Source of the DNA: an uncultured Acidimicrobiales bacterium
Lineage (GTDB): Bacteria; Actinomycetota; Acidimicrobiia; Acidimicrobiales; CAVXTF01
Assembly (NCBI GenBank): GCA_963801315.1
Contig: CAWDEI010000006.1
Coordinates: 325,146 to 389,145 of the forward strand
Length of the DNA stretch: 64,000 bases
Direction: 5' to 3'
Shown: in pieces, positions 8,352 to 18,156 of the stretch
How positions within the stretch are numbered: the first letter of the stretch is position 1
Layout: each line of letters opens with the position of its first letter
Made by a program: the position numbers and the translations under genes
The notes under the pieces: generated by a model
The model's input: the letters and a program-made list of their open reading frames with translations, nothing else
Database searches by the model: none
Told to the model about the DNA's origin: nothing

Positions 8352-9056
8352 TTGAGCATCTACGGACCCGACATCTACACCGAGCCAGAGGGCGACCCGG
8401 ACACGTTGGCGAATCTCGGGCCCCTTCGCCCCATGGCCGGCGTCTTCGAAGGGACCAAGGGCTCCGACCGGCATCCCGTGGCCGAAGGGGCCGAGGAGAA
8501 CACGTTCGTCGAGCACTACGAGCTGCACCCGATCGACCGCCAGACCAATGGCCCCCAGCTCTTCTACGGCCTGAGGTACCACACCCACATCACCAAGCCG
8601 GGCGAGTACGAGACGTTCCACGACCAGGTCGGGTATTGGCTCTTCGAGCCCGAGGCCGAGCTGGTGACCTTTACGCTCGCCATCCCGCGTGCCCAGGTGT
8701 TGCTGGCGTCAGGTCCGGCCGCCGCCGACGCCATCGATTTCGAGCTCACCGCGAAGGTCGGATCCGAGGTCTACGGCATCTTGTCGAACCCGTTTCTCGA
8801 CCAGGCCTTCCCTACTCTCAGCTATCGGATCCACGTCACCGTGAACGACGACGGAACCTGGTCCTACGAAGAGGAAGGAGTCATGCAGATTCCCGGTAGA
8901 GAGGAGCTCTTCAGCCATACCGACCGCAACACCCTGACGAAGATCGGCCCTCCCGAGCTCAATCCGTTAGCCAAGGCAGCCGGGAAGGGTGTCGCCGCCG
9001 GCGAAGCGGACAACCTCGGCATCGGCTCGTTGAGGACTACCGGCAGGAGCCTGTGA
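8352..9056 (+). CDS. Heme-binding beta-barrel (nitrobindin/THAP4-like, FABP-family) domain protein
   Basis: ORF 8352..9056. The N-terminal segment PEGDPDTLANLGPLRPMAGVFEGTKGSD and the overall pattern match my memory of actinobacterial FABP/nitrobindin-like proteins. Not searched. Confidence 0.6.
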   Translation: MSIYGPDIYTEPEGDPDTLANLGPLRPMAGVFEGTKGSDRHPVAEGAEENTFVEHYELHPIDRQTNGPQLFYGLRYHTHITKPGEYETFHDQVGYWLFEPEAELVTFTLAIPRAQVLLASGPAAADAIDFELTAKVGSEVYGILSNPFLDQAFPTLSYRIHVTVNDDGTWSYEEEGVMQIPGREELFSHTDRNTLTKIGPPELNPLAKAAGKGVAAGEADNLGIGSLRTTGRSL

Positions 9057-9096
9057 ACCGGAAACCAACCACGTCGCGACGACGAGAAGAAGAACC

Positions 9097-9564
9097 TCAA
9101 GGGCCGCGATAGCCGAGTTGCGAAGGCAGCCCGCGCAGCGTCATCTCGACGACGCGATCGTGGCCCCATTGCAGGAGCGGATGGGCGAAGCGACTCGCCA
9201 GGCGCATCGGGCGCTGCATCATCTCGACGGTCCATCCGATCGTGACCGTGGTGCCGGTCGGGCTTCGACTCATCTCGATGCGCGCGACTCCTTCGAGGTC
9301 GCCGTGCACGTCGGCGTCGATGGAGACGTTTCGAACGCACTGCGAGATGTCCACACGGATCCTCATTCGGTACGGCAGCGGCGGGGCAACCACCCCGTGA
9401 AGCACCGAGCCTTTGGCGAGCCCGTCGCCCTCCAGGCGGAACTCCTGCAGCCAACCCCACCATCCGCCGAACCTCTCGACATGTTCGATCGCCGCCCAGA
9501 GCTCCTCGGGAGTGATGCCGAAATCGTGGGTGCCGGCGTACACGATGACGGGGACCGCCACCAT
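9097..9564 (-). CDS. SRPBCC (START/polyketide cyclase-like) family protein
   Basis: C-terminal 155 aa of ORF 9097..9879. ATG at 9564, alternative at 9594. The upstream part of the ORF crosses the 21-bp repeats and is Pro/Arg-rich, so it is probably not coding. Confidence 0.6.
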   Translation of the reverse strand: MVAVPVIVYAGTHDFGITPEELWAAIEHVERFGGWWGWLQEFRLEGDGLAKGSVLHGVVAPPLPYRMRIRVDISQCVRNVSIDADVHGDLEGVARIEMSRSPTGTTVTIGWTVEMMQRPMRLASRFAHPLLQWGHDRVVEMTLRGLPSQLGYRGP

Positions 9565-9600
9565 CGGGATCGTACCGGGCCTCGGTCGGGGCATACCCGG

Positions 9601-9663
9601 CCTCCATCCGGGCCTGACTAGCCTCCCTGCGGGCCTGACTAGCCTCCCTGCGGGCCTGACTAG
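9601..9663. repeat. 21-bp direct repeat x3 in a divergent intergenic region
   Basis: cctccatccgggcctgactag (9601-9621), then cctccctgcgggcctgactag twice (9622-9642 and 9643-9663). The array ends 16 nt before the ATG of the substrate-binding protein gene. Confidence 0.9.
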
Positions 9664-9679
9664 ATGGTATGCATTCGGG

Positions 9680-11344
9680 ATGGCCATGGATCGTCGGACG
9701 TTTCTGCGTGGCGCTGGCGGTGGTGCAGCACTCGGGATCGGCGCCACACTTCTCGGTTCTTGCACCAATGCGGCGAAGGTGACCGGGCACGGCGGGAGCA
9801 CCGCCAAGTACGAGACTCCTCCCGGAGCGGGCGTCGGGAAGGGTACGCCCGTACACGGCGGGCAGATCACGATGTCCACTGGCTCCGAGATAAACGGGTT
9901 CGACCCGTCGCAGAGCAGCTGGGACGCGACAGGACTTCAGTATGCGACGACGATCTACGACCAGCTCGCCGGCCTCGCTCCTGACGGATCGATCCGCCCC
10001 TACCTTGCCGAGTCGATCACCCCCAATGCCGACTACGACTTGTGGACCATCCAGGTGCGCCCGAACGTCGTGTTCCACAACGGCAAATCGCTGGACGCGG
10101 CTGCCGTCAAGGCGAATCTGGATGCCTTCGTAGCCTCGGCGCTCACGGGGGCAGCATTCAACAACGTGGAGAAGACCACCGTGACCGGGCCCCTCACGGT
10201 GCAGGTCGCAACCAAGACGCCCTGGGTGGCGTTTCCCTACTATCTGACATCGCAGGTAGGGACGATCGCCGAGCCGAGCACCCTCGGCACCACCGCTCAG
10301 AATCATCCCATAGGTACGGGGCCCTTCACCTTCGTCGATTGGGTCCCGAACTCGCACTTCATTGCCAAGCGGAACCCGAACTACTGGCGGCCGAACCTCC
10401 CGTACCTCGACAAGATCACGTACACGCCGCTCATCGATCCCGGCTCACGTGAGGATGCGCTCACGTCAGGCTCGATAGACATCATGCAGTCGAACTTCAC
10501 GCAGAATCTCGTGGACCTCTGGGGAATGTCGGGATACACGGTTATAAACGATCTCTACTCCACGTTCGAGCCCGACATGGACTGCGTGATGCTTAACCTC
10601 GACGCGCCTCCTTTCGACGACATAAGGGTCCGCCAGGCGCTCGCGTACGCGGCCAACCCCGAGGTCATCGTGCAGGACATCTGGAACGGGATTCCGCCGG
10701 TCGCCACCGGACCGTTCGTCCCGGGATCCCCGGACTACGCGGCGACCGGGTTCCCGAAGTACAACCTTCAGACCGCTATCGACCTCGTCAAGCAGGTCGA
10801 GCACGACACGGGCAAGCCGATCCCCACCTTCACGTTCGACACCGTCACTTCGAGCCAGTACGTCCGGATCAACGAGCTCGTACAGGAGATGTGGCAGAAG
10901 GCGGGGATCCAGTGCACCATCCAGGAGATCCAGCAGTCCGAGCTGATCCAGAACGCCCTCACGGGCAAGTTCCAGGCGACCGCCTGGCAGCAGTTCAACA
11001 GCCCTGACCCCGACGGCAACTACGTCTGGTGGAGCTCGAAGAGCGTCCAGCCGATCGGTGGCCTCTCACTCAACATGGCCCGTAACTCCGATCCGCTCAT
11101 CCAGCAGGCTCTCGATGTCGGCCGCGAGAGCACAGATCCGCAAAAGAGAGCGGCCGCCTATCAGGAGGTCGCCCGCCGGTTCTCAGTCGACCTTCCCTAC
11201 CTGTGGTCGAACAAAGCGGTATGGATGGTGGCGGCACATGACTATGTGCAGAACTTCGCAGGGCCGACGTTCCCCGACGGGACGAAGCAGAACGGGATGA
11301 TCGCAGGCATCATCCAGGTCGCCGAGATGTGGCGCTCCAGCTGA
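9680..11344 (+). CDS. ABC transporter substrate-binding lipoprotein, family 5 (peptide/nickel type), Tat signal
   Basis: Frame of ORF 9413..11344, starting MAMDRRTFLRGAGGGAALGIGATLLGSC. This gives a twin-arginine motif plus a lipobox Cys. The mature part is typical of SBP_bac_5 (ITPNADYDLWTIQVRPNVVFHNGK). Confidence 0.85.
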   Translation: MAMDRRTFLRGAGGGAALGIGATLLGSCTNAAKVTGHGGSTAKYETPPGAGVGKGTPVHGGQITMSTGSEINGFDPSQSSWDATGLQYATTIYDQLAGLAPDGSIRPYLAESITPNADYDLWTIQVRPNVVFHNGKSLDAAAVKANLDAFVASALTGAAFNNVEKTTVTGPLTVQVATKTPWVAFPYYLTSQVGTIAEPSTLGTTAQNHPIGTGPFTFVDWVPNSHFIAKRNPNYWRPNLPYLDKITYTPLIDPGSREDALTSGSIDIMQSNFTQNLVDLWGMSGYTVINDLYSTFEPDMDCVMLNLDAPPFDDIRVRQALAYAANPEVIVQDIWNGIPPVATGPFVPGSPDYAATGFPKYNLQTAIDLVKQVEHDTGKPIPTFTFDTVTSSQYVRINELVQEMWQKAGIQCTIQEIQQSELIQNALTGKFQATAWQQFNSPDPDGNYVWWSSKSVQPIGGLSLNMARNSDPLIQQALDVGRESTDPQKRAAAYQEVARRFSVDLPYLWSNKAVWMVAAHDYVQNFAGPTFPDGTKQNGMIAGIIQVAEMWRSS

Positions 11345-11375
11345 CAGGTCCAGCCGAAAGCTCCACCTGAACAGG

Positions 11376-12764
11376 TCAGGACCCGGTCAGGTGTTCGAGC
11401 AGGACGCCACTTCGCGACGGTCGACCGGTGGACTCCTCTGCCCGGTCTGCAGCCGAAGCGAGTCTGAGCGCGGCGTTGACGCCGAGCCAGCGAAAGGGCT
11501 CGGGCTCCCATTTGGGTGAGGTGTGGCCCACCCACGGCAGACCGACGAGGTCGGTCTCGCGCCCGAGAATCAGGTCGGCGAGCGTGCGGCCCGCGAGATT
11601 GGCAGTCGACACCCCGTCACCCGCGTAGCCGCCTGCCCACGCGATACGGCTCTTGCGGTCGAGGCCCACAGACGGGTGCCAGTCGCGGGTTATGCCGAGC
11701 GGTCCGCCCCAGCGATGGGTGATGTGCTTGTCTGCGAGGGTCGGCAACAGGTCGACGAGTGTGCTGCGGATCGCAGCGTGGACGTCGGCGTCGTGGTCGA
11801 ACCCCGGCTCGATGGCGGAGCCGAAATGGTACGGAGCGCCGCGGCCCCCGAAGGCGATCCGGTCGTCCGCGGTGCGCTGCCCGTAGATGACGAGGTGGCG
11901 CATGTCCGAGAACGTCTGGCGCCTTTCCAGGCCCGCATCCTCCCAGAACTCCTCGTCGAGCGGCTCGGTCGCCACCATGAGCGAGTAGACGGGGACGACC
12001 GATCTGCGAAGTCCCTTCAGCTTCGGTGTGAACCCTTCCGTCGCCCTCACGACGACGTCGGCGCGAACCGTGCCGCGATCAGTGAGGACGCGATGCGGTG
12101 CGATCGCCCGGACGTGCGTGGACTCGTAGAGCTTCACCGAACGACTTTCGACCGCGTCGGCGAGCCCACGCACGAGACGTGCCGGATGCAGCGCCGCACA
12201 ATGGGGATTGACGAGGGCGCCCAGCACGTTCGTGGCGCCGATCTCGCGACGGGCCTCGTCGGCGCCTATGAGGCGGAGGTCCTCCTCTCCGAGTCCGAGG
12301 TCGCGGGCGGCGGCCAACTCCTGGCGCGCTCGGGCGAGATGTGCTTCGCATCTCGCCGCCGACACAGTCCCGCCTTTTGCGAAGTGGCAGTCGATCCCGA
12401 GTGCGTCAGACGCCGCACCCACCTCGTCGACAGACCGGCACATCGCCTCGTGCATCGCGCGAGCGGCCTCGATCCCATGCTCTTTGGCGATCCGGCTGTA
12501 GGAGGTCGCGAACAGCGCCGAGCACCAACCGCCGTTGCGGCCGGATGCCCCGAACCCGGCAACCGCGCCCTCGAGCACGACGATCCGCAGCGTCGGGTCG
12601 AGGCACGACAGGTAGTGCGCCGTCCACAGCCCCGTATACCCGGCGCCGACGATCGCGACGTCCGCATCGGCGTCGCCGCTTAGCGGTGCCCGAGCCGACA
12701 CGGGCGCGGCGAGGGTGTCCCACCACAACGAACCCTGCGGGGTGATCACGTCCTCTGGGCTCAC
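11376..12764 (-). CDS. FAD-dependent oxidoreductase (DAO family; gamma-glutamylputrescine oxidase-like)
   Basis: Frame of ORF 11376..13343. A GTG at 12764 lies 11 nt downstream of the aminotransferase stop codon. Rossmann motif DVAIVGAGYTGLWTA. The upstream ORF extension overlaps the aminotransferase gene in another frame. Confidence 0.8.
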   Translation of the reverse strand: MSPEDVITPQGSLWWDTLAAPVSARAPLSGDADADVAIVGAGYTGLWTAHYLSCLDPTLRIVVLEGAVAGFGASGRNGGWCSALFATSYSRIAKEHGIEAARAMHEAMCRSVDEVGAASDALGIDCHFAKGGTVSAARCEAHLARARQELAAARDLGLGEEDLRLIGADEARREIGATNVLGALVNPHCAALHPARLVRGLADAVESRSVKLYESTHVRAIAPHRVLTDRGTVRADVVVRATEGFTPKLKGLRRSVVPVYSLMVATEPLDEEFWEDAGLERRQTFSDMRHLVIYGQRTADDRIAFGGRGAPYHFGSAIEPGFDHDADVHAAIRSTLVDLLPTLADKHITHRWGGPLGITRDWHPSVGLDRKSRIAWAGGYAGDGVSTANLAGRTLADLILGRETDLVGLPWVGHTSPKWEPEPFRWLGVNAALRLASAADRAEESTGRPSRSGVLLEHLTGS

Positions 12765-12775
12765 GTCCCTTGAGC

Positions 12776-14185
12776 TCAGAGCCTGCTCGTGGCCTCTGTC
12801 AGGACCTCTCTCAAGATCCTTGACATCTCCTCGAATTGCTCTTCGCCGCAGATGAGCGGAGGCGACAATTGGATGACGGGGTCTCCACGGTCGTCGGCCC
12901 TGCAGATCAAGCCGGCGTCGAAGAGGGCGGGGGAGAGGAAGCCCCTGAGCAACCGCTCGCTTTCCTCGTCGTCGAACGACTCCCTGGTCGCCTGGTCCTT
13001 CACGAGCTCGATTCCCCAGAAGAACCCGGCGCCACGGACGTCTCCCACGATCGGCACGCTTCTGAGCGCCTCGAGCGATGCGCGGAACGCCGCTTCGTTC
13101 GCCCTCACGTGCCCGAGGATGTCCTCGCGTTCGAAAACGTCGAGATTTGCGAGCGCAACCGCACAGCTGACCGGATGGCCGGCGAAGGTGATCCCGTGCA
13201 AGAAGCTGGCCCTCGGCTTCAGGAACGGCTCGATGACCTTGTCGCTCGCGATCAGTGCGCCGAGCGGCGCGTAAGCGCTCGTAAGTCCCTTCGCGATCGT
13301 GATCATGTCGGGCTGGTAGCCGTACCGGTGAGAGCCGAACCATTCGCCCAGCCGCCCGAACGCGCAGATCACCTCGTCGGACACGAGCAGTACGCCGTGC
13401 TTGTCGCAGATCTCACGGACACGCTCGAAGTAACCGGGAGGAGGCGGGAAGCAGCCTCCGGAATTCTGCACCGGCTCTAGAAAGACGGCGGCGACGGTGT
13501 TGGGACCCTCACGCTCGATCGCGCGATCGATCTCGTCCGCCGCCCACCTGCCGAAGGCCTCCAGGTCGTCCGCGAAGTAGGGGGCCCGGTAGAAGTTGGT
13601 GTTCGGGACCTTGATCGCGCCGGGGACGAGCGGCTCGAAGACCTCGCGGATGGCGGTGACGCCCGTAATGGAAAGAGCCCCCATCGTCGTGCCGTGATAA
13701 GCGATGTTCCTGCTCACGACCTTCGTCCTGAGCGGCTGGCCGATCTCCTTGAAGTACTGGCGAGCGAGCTTCCATGCGGATTCGACCGCCTCTGAGCCTC
13801 CGCCGGTGAAGAACACCCGGTTCAGGTCACCGGGCGCGATGCCGGCAAGCCTGTCCGCGAGCTCGATGGCTTTCGGGTGGGCGTAGGTCCATATCGGGAA
13901 GTACGCGAGCTCGCTCGCTTGTTTCCCTGCGGCCTCCGCTAGCTCCGTCCTGCCATGCCCGAGCTGTGAGGTGAACAAGCCGGCGAGCCCGTCGATGTAC
14001 CGCTTCCCGCGCTGGTCCCAGACGTAGGGCCCCTCCCCGCGGACGATCACGGGTATGTCGTGATCCTCGTAGGCACCCATCCGGCTGAAGTGCATCCACA
14101 GGTGGCGCTTCGCCTTCTCCTGCATGGCTTTGATCTCGGGTTCGCCCCCGTCGATCGAGGTTGCTCCGTTGTCGGTAGTGCTCAT
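12776..14185 (-). CDS. Class-III (omega) aminotransferase, PLP-dependent
   Basis: Intact 469-aa ORF with characteristic segments GLAGLFTSQLGHGR, FFTGGGSEAVESA, LVSDEVICAFGRLG and ITIAKGLTS (the PLP lysine). Confidence 0.85.
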   Translation of the reverse strand: MSTTDNGATSIDGGEPEIKAMQEKAKRHLWMHFSRMGAYEDHDIPVIVRGEGPYVWDQRGKRYIDGLAGLFTSQLGHGRTELAEAAGKQASELAYFPIWTYAHPKAIELADRLAGIAPGDLNRVFFTGGGSEAVESAWKLARQYFKEIGQPLRTKVVSRNIAYHGTTMGALSITGVTAIREVFEPLVPGAIKVPNTNFYRAPYFADDLEAFGRWAADEIDRAIEREGPNTVAAVFLEPVQNSGGCFPPPPGYFERVREICDKHGVLLVSDEVICAFGRLGEWFGSHRYGYQPDMITIAKGLTSAYAPLGALIASDKVIEPFLKPRASFLHGITFAGHPVSCAVALANLDVFEREDILGHVRANEAAFRASLEALRSVPIVGDVRGAGFFWGIELVKDQATRESFDDEESERLLRGFLSPALFDAGLICRADDRGDPVIQLSPPLICGEEQFEEMSRILREVLTEATSRL

Positions 14186-14210
14186 CGTGTCCCCTGTGCT
14201 CTCGTCGGTG

Positions 14211-14732
14211 TCATCGGGTACCCCAGGTGTAGGACTGCTTCGCGAGCTTCAGATAGACGAACGCCTCGGTAGACCTGACTCCCGGGACCGTCCGGATCGC
14301 CGTGTTCAGAAGCTCCAGTAGATGGTCGTCGTCCTCGCAGACGAGCTCGACCAGCAGGTCGAACGAGCCGGCGCAGATCACCACGTACTCGACCTCGATG
14401 ATCTCCGCGAGCTTGTCGGCGACGACACGGAGATCGCCTTCCGCCCGAACACCGACCATCGCTTGTCGCTTGAAACCGAGCTGCAGCGGGTCGGTCACGG
14501 CCACGATGTCGATGATCCCAGCGTCACGGAGCCTCTGGACGCGTTGGCGTACGGCGGCCTCTGACAAGCCGACGGTTCTCGCGATCGCGCCGTAGGCGCG
14601 CCTCCCGTCGCGCTGCAACTCTTCGATGATCACGCGATTGGCGCGATCGAGCACTTGGGTCTGCTTGTCACCCCCCGCTGCGGGCGCTTGAGCCTGGTCC
14701 CACGCCGTGCCGGGCGCTTGGCTCCGAGCCAT
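14211..14732 (-). CDS. Lrp/AsnC-family transcriptional regulator
   Basis: ORF 14211..14774. HTH segment [41 protein letters not shown] followed by an AsnC-type ligand domain. ATG at 14732, or GTG at 14774. It lies 25 nt upstream of the aminotransferase gene. Confidence 0.8.
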   Translation of the reverse strand: MARSQAPGTAWDQAQAPAAGGDKQTQVLDRANRVIIEELQRDGRRAYGAIARTVGLSEAAVRQRVQRLRDAGIIDIVAVTDPLQLGFKRQAMVGVRAEGDLRVVADKLAEIIEVEYVVICAGSFDLLVELVCEDDDHLLELLNTAIRTVPGVRSTEAFVYLKLAKQSYTWGTR

Positions 14733-14982
14733 GTCTGATCTCCCAGATGGGTCGCTTGCTTCGGATTCTGTCACTCACATGGCAACAGTCAAGCGGATCC
14801 GTCGAAAAGTATCGCCGCTACGACGAAATCGCTTGTGCGAATTTAAACCTTCTGGCACGATGACGGAGCCTCAGCCCGAGGTGGTGCCGGCCTGGCCGGC
14901 CGGGCACGGGCTATGGGGATGCCGACGTGTCGGCAGAATCGGTCGTGTCGAGGCAGTGCAGTTTCGTTCAGGGAGGCGCAAA

Positions 14983-16431
14983 GTGTCCGCGACTGCGGTG
15001 GGAGCACGGCGACTGAGCAACTTTGTGGACGGGAAGCTCGTACCTCCGGACGAGGCGAATTATTCCGAGGTGATCGACCCGTCGACCGGCGAGGCCTACC
15101 TCGAGGCGCCGGTGTCCGGCGGATCGGATGTCGATCTCGCATTCAGGGCGGCCAAGGACGCATTCCCGTCTTGGCGCGACATGACACCGTCCGAGCGCAG
15201 CCTGGCGCTGCTGCGGATAGCAGACGCAGTCGAGAGCAATGCGCAAGCCCTCGTCGATGCCGAATGCCGCAACACGGGTAAGCCCGTCGCACTCACCATG
15301 TCCGAAGAGATCCCGCCCATGGTCGACCAGATCCGCTTCTTCGCTGCGGCTGCCCGACTGCTCGAAGGTAGGTCGGCGGGCGAGTACATGAGGGGGCACA
15401 CGTCCTATATCAGGCGCGAGCCGGTCGGAGTGTGTGCGGCTGTGACGCCTTGGAACTACCCGATGATGATGGCGGTCTGGAAGTGGGCTCCGGCGCTCGC
15501 CGCCGGCAACACGATGGTGTTGAAGCCCTCGGACACGACACCGGTGACCACGGTCATGCTCGCCGAGATCCTGGCGGAGCATCTGCCTCCTGGGGTGTTC
15601 AACGTGGTGTGCGGCGACCGCGACACAGGCAGGGCCCTCGTCGAGCACCCGGTCCCGGCGATGGTGTCGATCACCGGCAGCGTGCGAGCGGGTATGGAGG
15701 TTGCGGCATCCGCGGCGCCCGGGCTCAAGCGTGTGCACCTCGAGCTCGGCGGGAAGGCGCCCGTGATCGTGTTCGACGACGCCGACCTGGATCTGGCTGC
15801 CGAGACGATCATCGGCGCCGGCTATTTCAACGCCGGCCAGGACTGCACGGCTGCCACGCGGGTCGTCGCTGCCCCCGATGTCTACGACTCGTTGGTCGGG
15901 CGGCTCGTCGAGGGTGCAGAAGGCACGTCCGTGGGCGGTCCGGACATCGAAGGAGCCGACTTCGGGCCGCTGAACAATGCCGTGCAGCTCGAACGGGTGA
16001 CCGGATTCCTCGACCGCACGCCGTCCCACGCGGAGATCCTGACCGGCGGGAAGAAAGTCGGCGAGCGGGGTTACTGTTTCGCTCCGACGGTCGTCGCAGG
16101 TCTGCACCAGGACGACGAGATGATCCAGAGCGAGGTGTTCGGTCCGGTGATCACCGTTCAACGGTTCACCGACGAGGCCCAAGCGCTCGAATGGGCGAAC
16201 GGGGTGGACTACGGACTCGCCTCGAGCGTGTGGACCCGTGACCACGGCAGGGCGATGCGCATGTCGAGGCTCTTGGATTTCGGGTGCGTCTGGATCAACA
16301 CTCACGTACCCTTGGTCGCCGAGATGCCTCACGGTGGATTCAAGAAGTCCGGTTACGGCAAGGACCTGTCCGTCTACGGGTTCGAGGACTACACGCGCAT
16401 CAAGCACGTGATGAGCAACATCGAGTCATGA
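14983..16431 (+). CDS. NAD-dependent aldehyde dehydrogenase (aminobutyraldehyde dehydrogenase-like)
   Basis: Frame of ORF 14707..16431. A GTG at 14983 lies 6 nt downstream of GGGAGG. Motifs VTPWNYP, ELGGKAP and the catalytic Cys region GQDCTA are present. Confidence 0.85.
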   Translation: MSATAVGARRLSNFVDGKLVPPDEANYSEVIDPSTGEAYLEAPVSGGSDVDLAFRAAKDAFPSWRDMTPSERSLALLRIADAVESNAQALVDAECRNTGKPVALTMSEEIPPMVDQIRFFAAAARLLEGRSAGEYMRGHTSYIRREPVGVCAAVTPWNYPMMMAVWKWAPALAAGNTMVLKPSDTTPVTTVMLAEILAEHLPPGVFNVVCGDRDTGRALVEHPVPAMVSITGSVRAGMEVAASAAPGLKRVHLELGGKAPVIVFDDADLDLAAETIIGAGYFNAGQDCTAATRVVAAPDVYDSLVGRLVEGAEGTSVGGPDIEGADFGPLNNAVQLERVTGFLDRTPSHAEILTGGKKVGERGYCFAPTVVAGLHQDDEMIQSEVFGPVITVQRFTDEAQALEWANGVDYGLASSVWTRDHGRAMRMSRLLDFGCVWINTHVPLVAEMPHGGFKKSGYGKDLSVYGFEDYTRIKHVMSNIES

Positions 16432-16481
16432 GCAAAAATCGACTAGTGAGCAAACATGGTGTCATGAGCAACACCGAATCC
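16411..16481 (+). repeat. 17-19-bp direct repeat x4 that starts inside the 3' end of the aldehyde dehydrogenase gene
   Basis: atgagcaacatcgagtc (16411-16427; last codons of the gene), atgagcaaaaatcgactag (16428-16446), tgagcaaacatggtgtc (16447-16463) and atgagcaacaccgaatcc (16464-16481). The gene's TGA (16429-16431) overlaps the ATG of unit 2. Confidence 0.85.
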
Positions 16482-16529
16482 TTATCGACCTGAAACCCGG
16501 GATCCCGAAACGGAAAGGGGAGCGCGACG

Positions 16530-18155
16530 ATGGTGGCCGTTGCTGCTGAAGCACCTCCGGAGGACGTAGCCGAGAAGGGTCTGAAGTCAGGGGCGCTCGG
16601 GCTCATCTCGAGCATCGTCATGGGGGTGGCGTCGACCGCGCCCGCCTACAGCCTGGCTGCGACGCTCGGTCTGATTGCTGCGAAGGTCGGCCTGATCTCT
16701 CCGGTGGTCGTGATACTGGCCTTCATACCGATGCTGATGGTCTCGATCGGATACAGCGAGATGAACAAGGCCGACCCCGACTGCGGGACGACCTTCACCT
16801 GGGCGACGCGTGCGTTCGGGCCGAAGACGGGGTGGTACGGCGGATGGGCCATCGTTGCCGCCGACATCCTGGTCATGGCCAGCCTGGCCCAGGTCGCCGG
16901 CCAGTACGTCTTCCTGCTGTTCAATACCGGCTCGATCGGGACCAACGCGGCCAGCTACTGGGTGCTCCTGGTGGGCGTCGTCTGGATAATCCTCATGACC
17001 TACATCTGCTACCGGGGCATCGAGGTGTCGGCGATGCTCCAGCGCGCACTTCTCGGGATCGAAGTGGTGATGCTGCTCGTGCTCGCGATCGTGGCGCTCG
17101 TGAAGGTCGGAACCGGAAAGGCACCTGCCGGCCACATCCTCCCCCGTCTTTCGTGGTTCAACCCCGCTGCGGTCGGGTTCTCGTCGCTGATCGGCGGTCT
17201 GCTGCTCATGATCTTCATCTACTGGGGATGGGACACGGCAGTCTCTGTGAACGAGGAGACGACCGACAGCAAACGAAACCCCGGTCTGGCTGCGATCATC
17301 TCGACGGTCATTCTGCTGGCCACATATTTTCTCGTGACGCTAGGCGTCCAGTCCTACGCCGGGATCGGTTCGAACGGCATCGGCCTCGGCAACTCCGCAA
17401 ACGCGGGAGACGTGCTGTCGGTGCTCGGAAACTCCATTTTCGGAACGAGTTGGTTCGGCTCCACTCTTACGCACCTGCTGATCCTGATGGTGCTGTCGTC
17501 GGCGGCGGCTTCCACGCAGACAACGATCCTCCCGACCGCCAGGACGACATTGTCGATGGCTACATACCACGCGATTCCCAAGACGTTCGCCAAGATGCAC
17601 AAGCGGTACTTCACTCCTACCGTCTCCACGATCAGCATGGGCGCGATCTCGATCGCGCTCTATGTGTGGTTCAACTACGAGTCCCAGGGCAATGTGATCT
17701 TTGACGCCGTGACCGCCATTGGCGTCTTCATCGGCCTCTACTACGGGCTCACAGGCATCAGCTGTGTCTGGTACTACCGCAAGGTCCTGACCAGGAGCGC
17801 TCGCGACCTGTGGATGAAGGGGATACTGCCGGGGCTCGGGGGATTGATGCTCTGGTTCTTCCTCGTCTGGGACCTGTACACGGCCTATAACTTCAACAAC
17901 ACGACGGCGGCGAGCTACACATCGTGGCAGCTGCCGTTCCCGCCGCACTCAGATGTAGGTGGTGTCTTCACGATCGCGATCATCACGGGACTTGTCGGGC
18001 TGGTACTGATGGGAGTGTGGACGCGGTTCGGCAAGGACTTCTTCCAAGGCCGCACGCTCAACCGGAACACGCCGACACTCGTGCCCGATGACGCCACCGT
18101 CCCGGTCGGAGTGCCTGCGTCCGACCCGGTGGGCGGGCCAGGTTCGGACGACTAA
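16530..18155 (+). CDS. APC-superfamily amino acid/polyamine permease
   Basis: Intact 541-aa ORF with about 12 hydrophobic segments. AAGGGGAG lies 8 nt upstream of the ATG. The N-terminal signature GVASTAPAYSLAATLG is typical of APC transporters. Confidence 0.85.
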   Translation: MVAVAAEAPPEDVAEKGLKSGALGLISSIVMGVASTAPAYSLAATLGLIAAKVGLISPVVVILAFIPMLMVSIGYSEMNKADPDCGTTFTWATRAFGPKTGWYGGWAIVAADILVMASLAQVAGQYVFLLFNTGSIGTNAASYWVLLVGVVWIILMTYICYRGIEVSAMLQRALLGIEVVMLLVLAIVALVKVGTGKAPAGHILPRLSWFNPAAVGFSSLIGGLLLMIFIYWGWDTAVSVNEETTDSKRNPGLAAIISTVILLATYFLVTLGVQSYAGIGSNGIGLGNSANAGDVLSVLGNSIFGTSWFGSTLTHLLILMVLSSAAASTQTTILPTARTTLSMATYHAIPKTFAKMHKRYFTPTVSTISMGAISIALYVWFNYESQGNVIFDAVTAIGVFIGLYYGLTGISCVWYYRKVLTRSARDLWMKGILPGLGGLMLWFFLVWDLYTAYNFNNTTAASYTSWQLPFPPHSDVGGVFTIAIITGLVGLVLMGVWTRFGKDFFQGRTLNRNTPTLVPDDATVPVGVPASDPVGGPGSDD

Positions 18156-18156
18156 T

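Noticed and set aside
9601-9663. Short tandem repeat arrays (also 6726, 16411, 28941, 45391 and 53083) as possible CRISPR arrays
   Set aside because: The units are directly adjacent with no spacers and are only 15-24 bp long with 3-4 copies. No cas genes are present.
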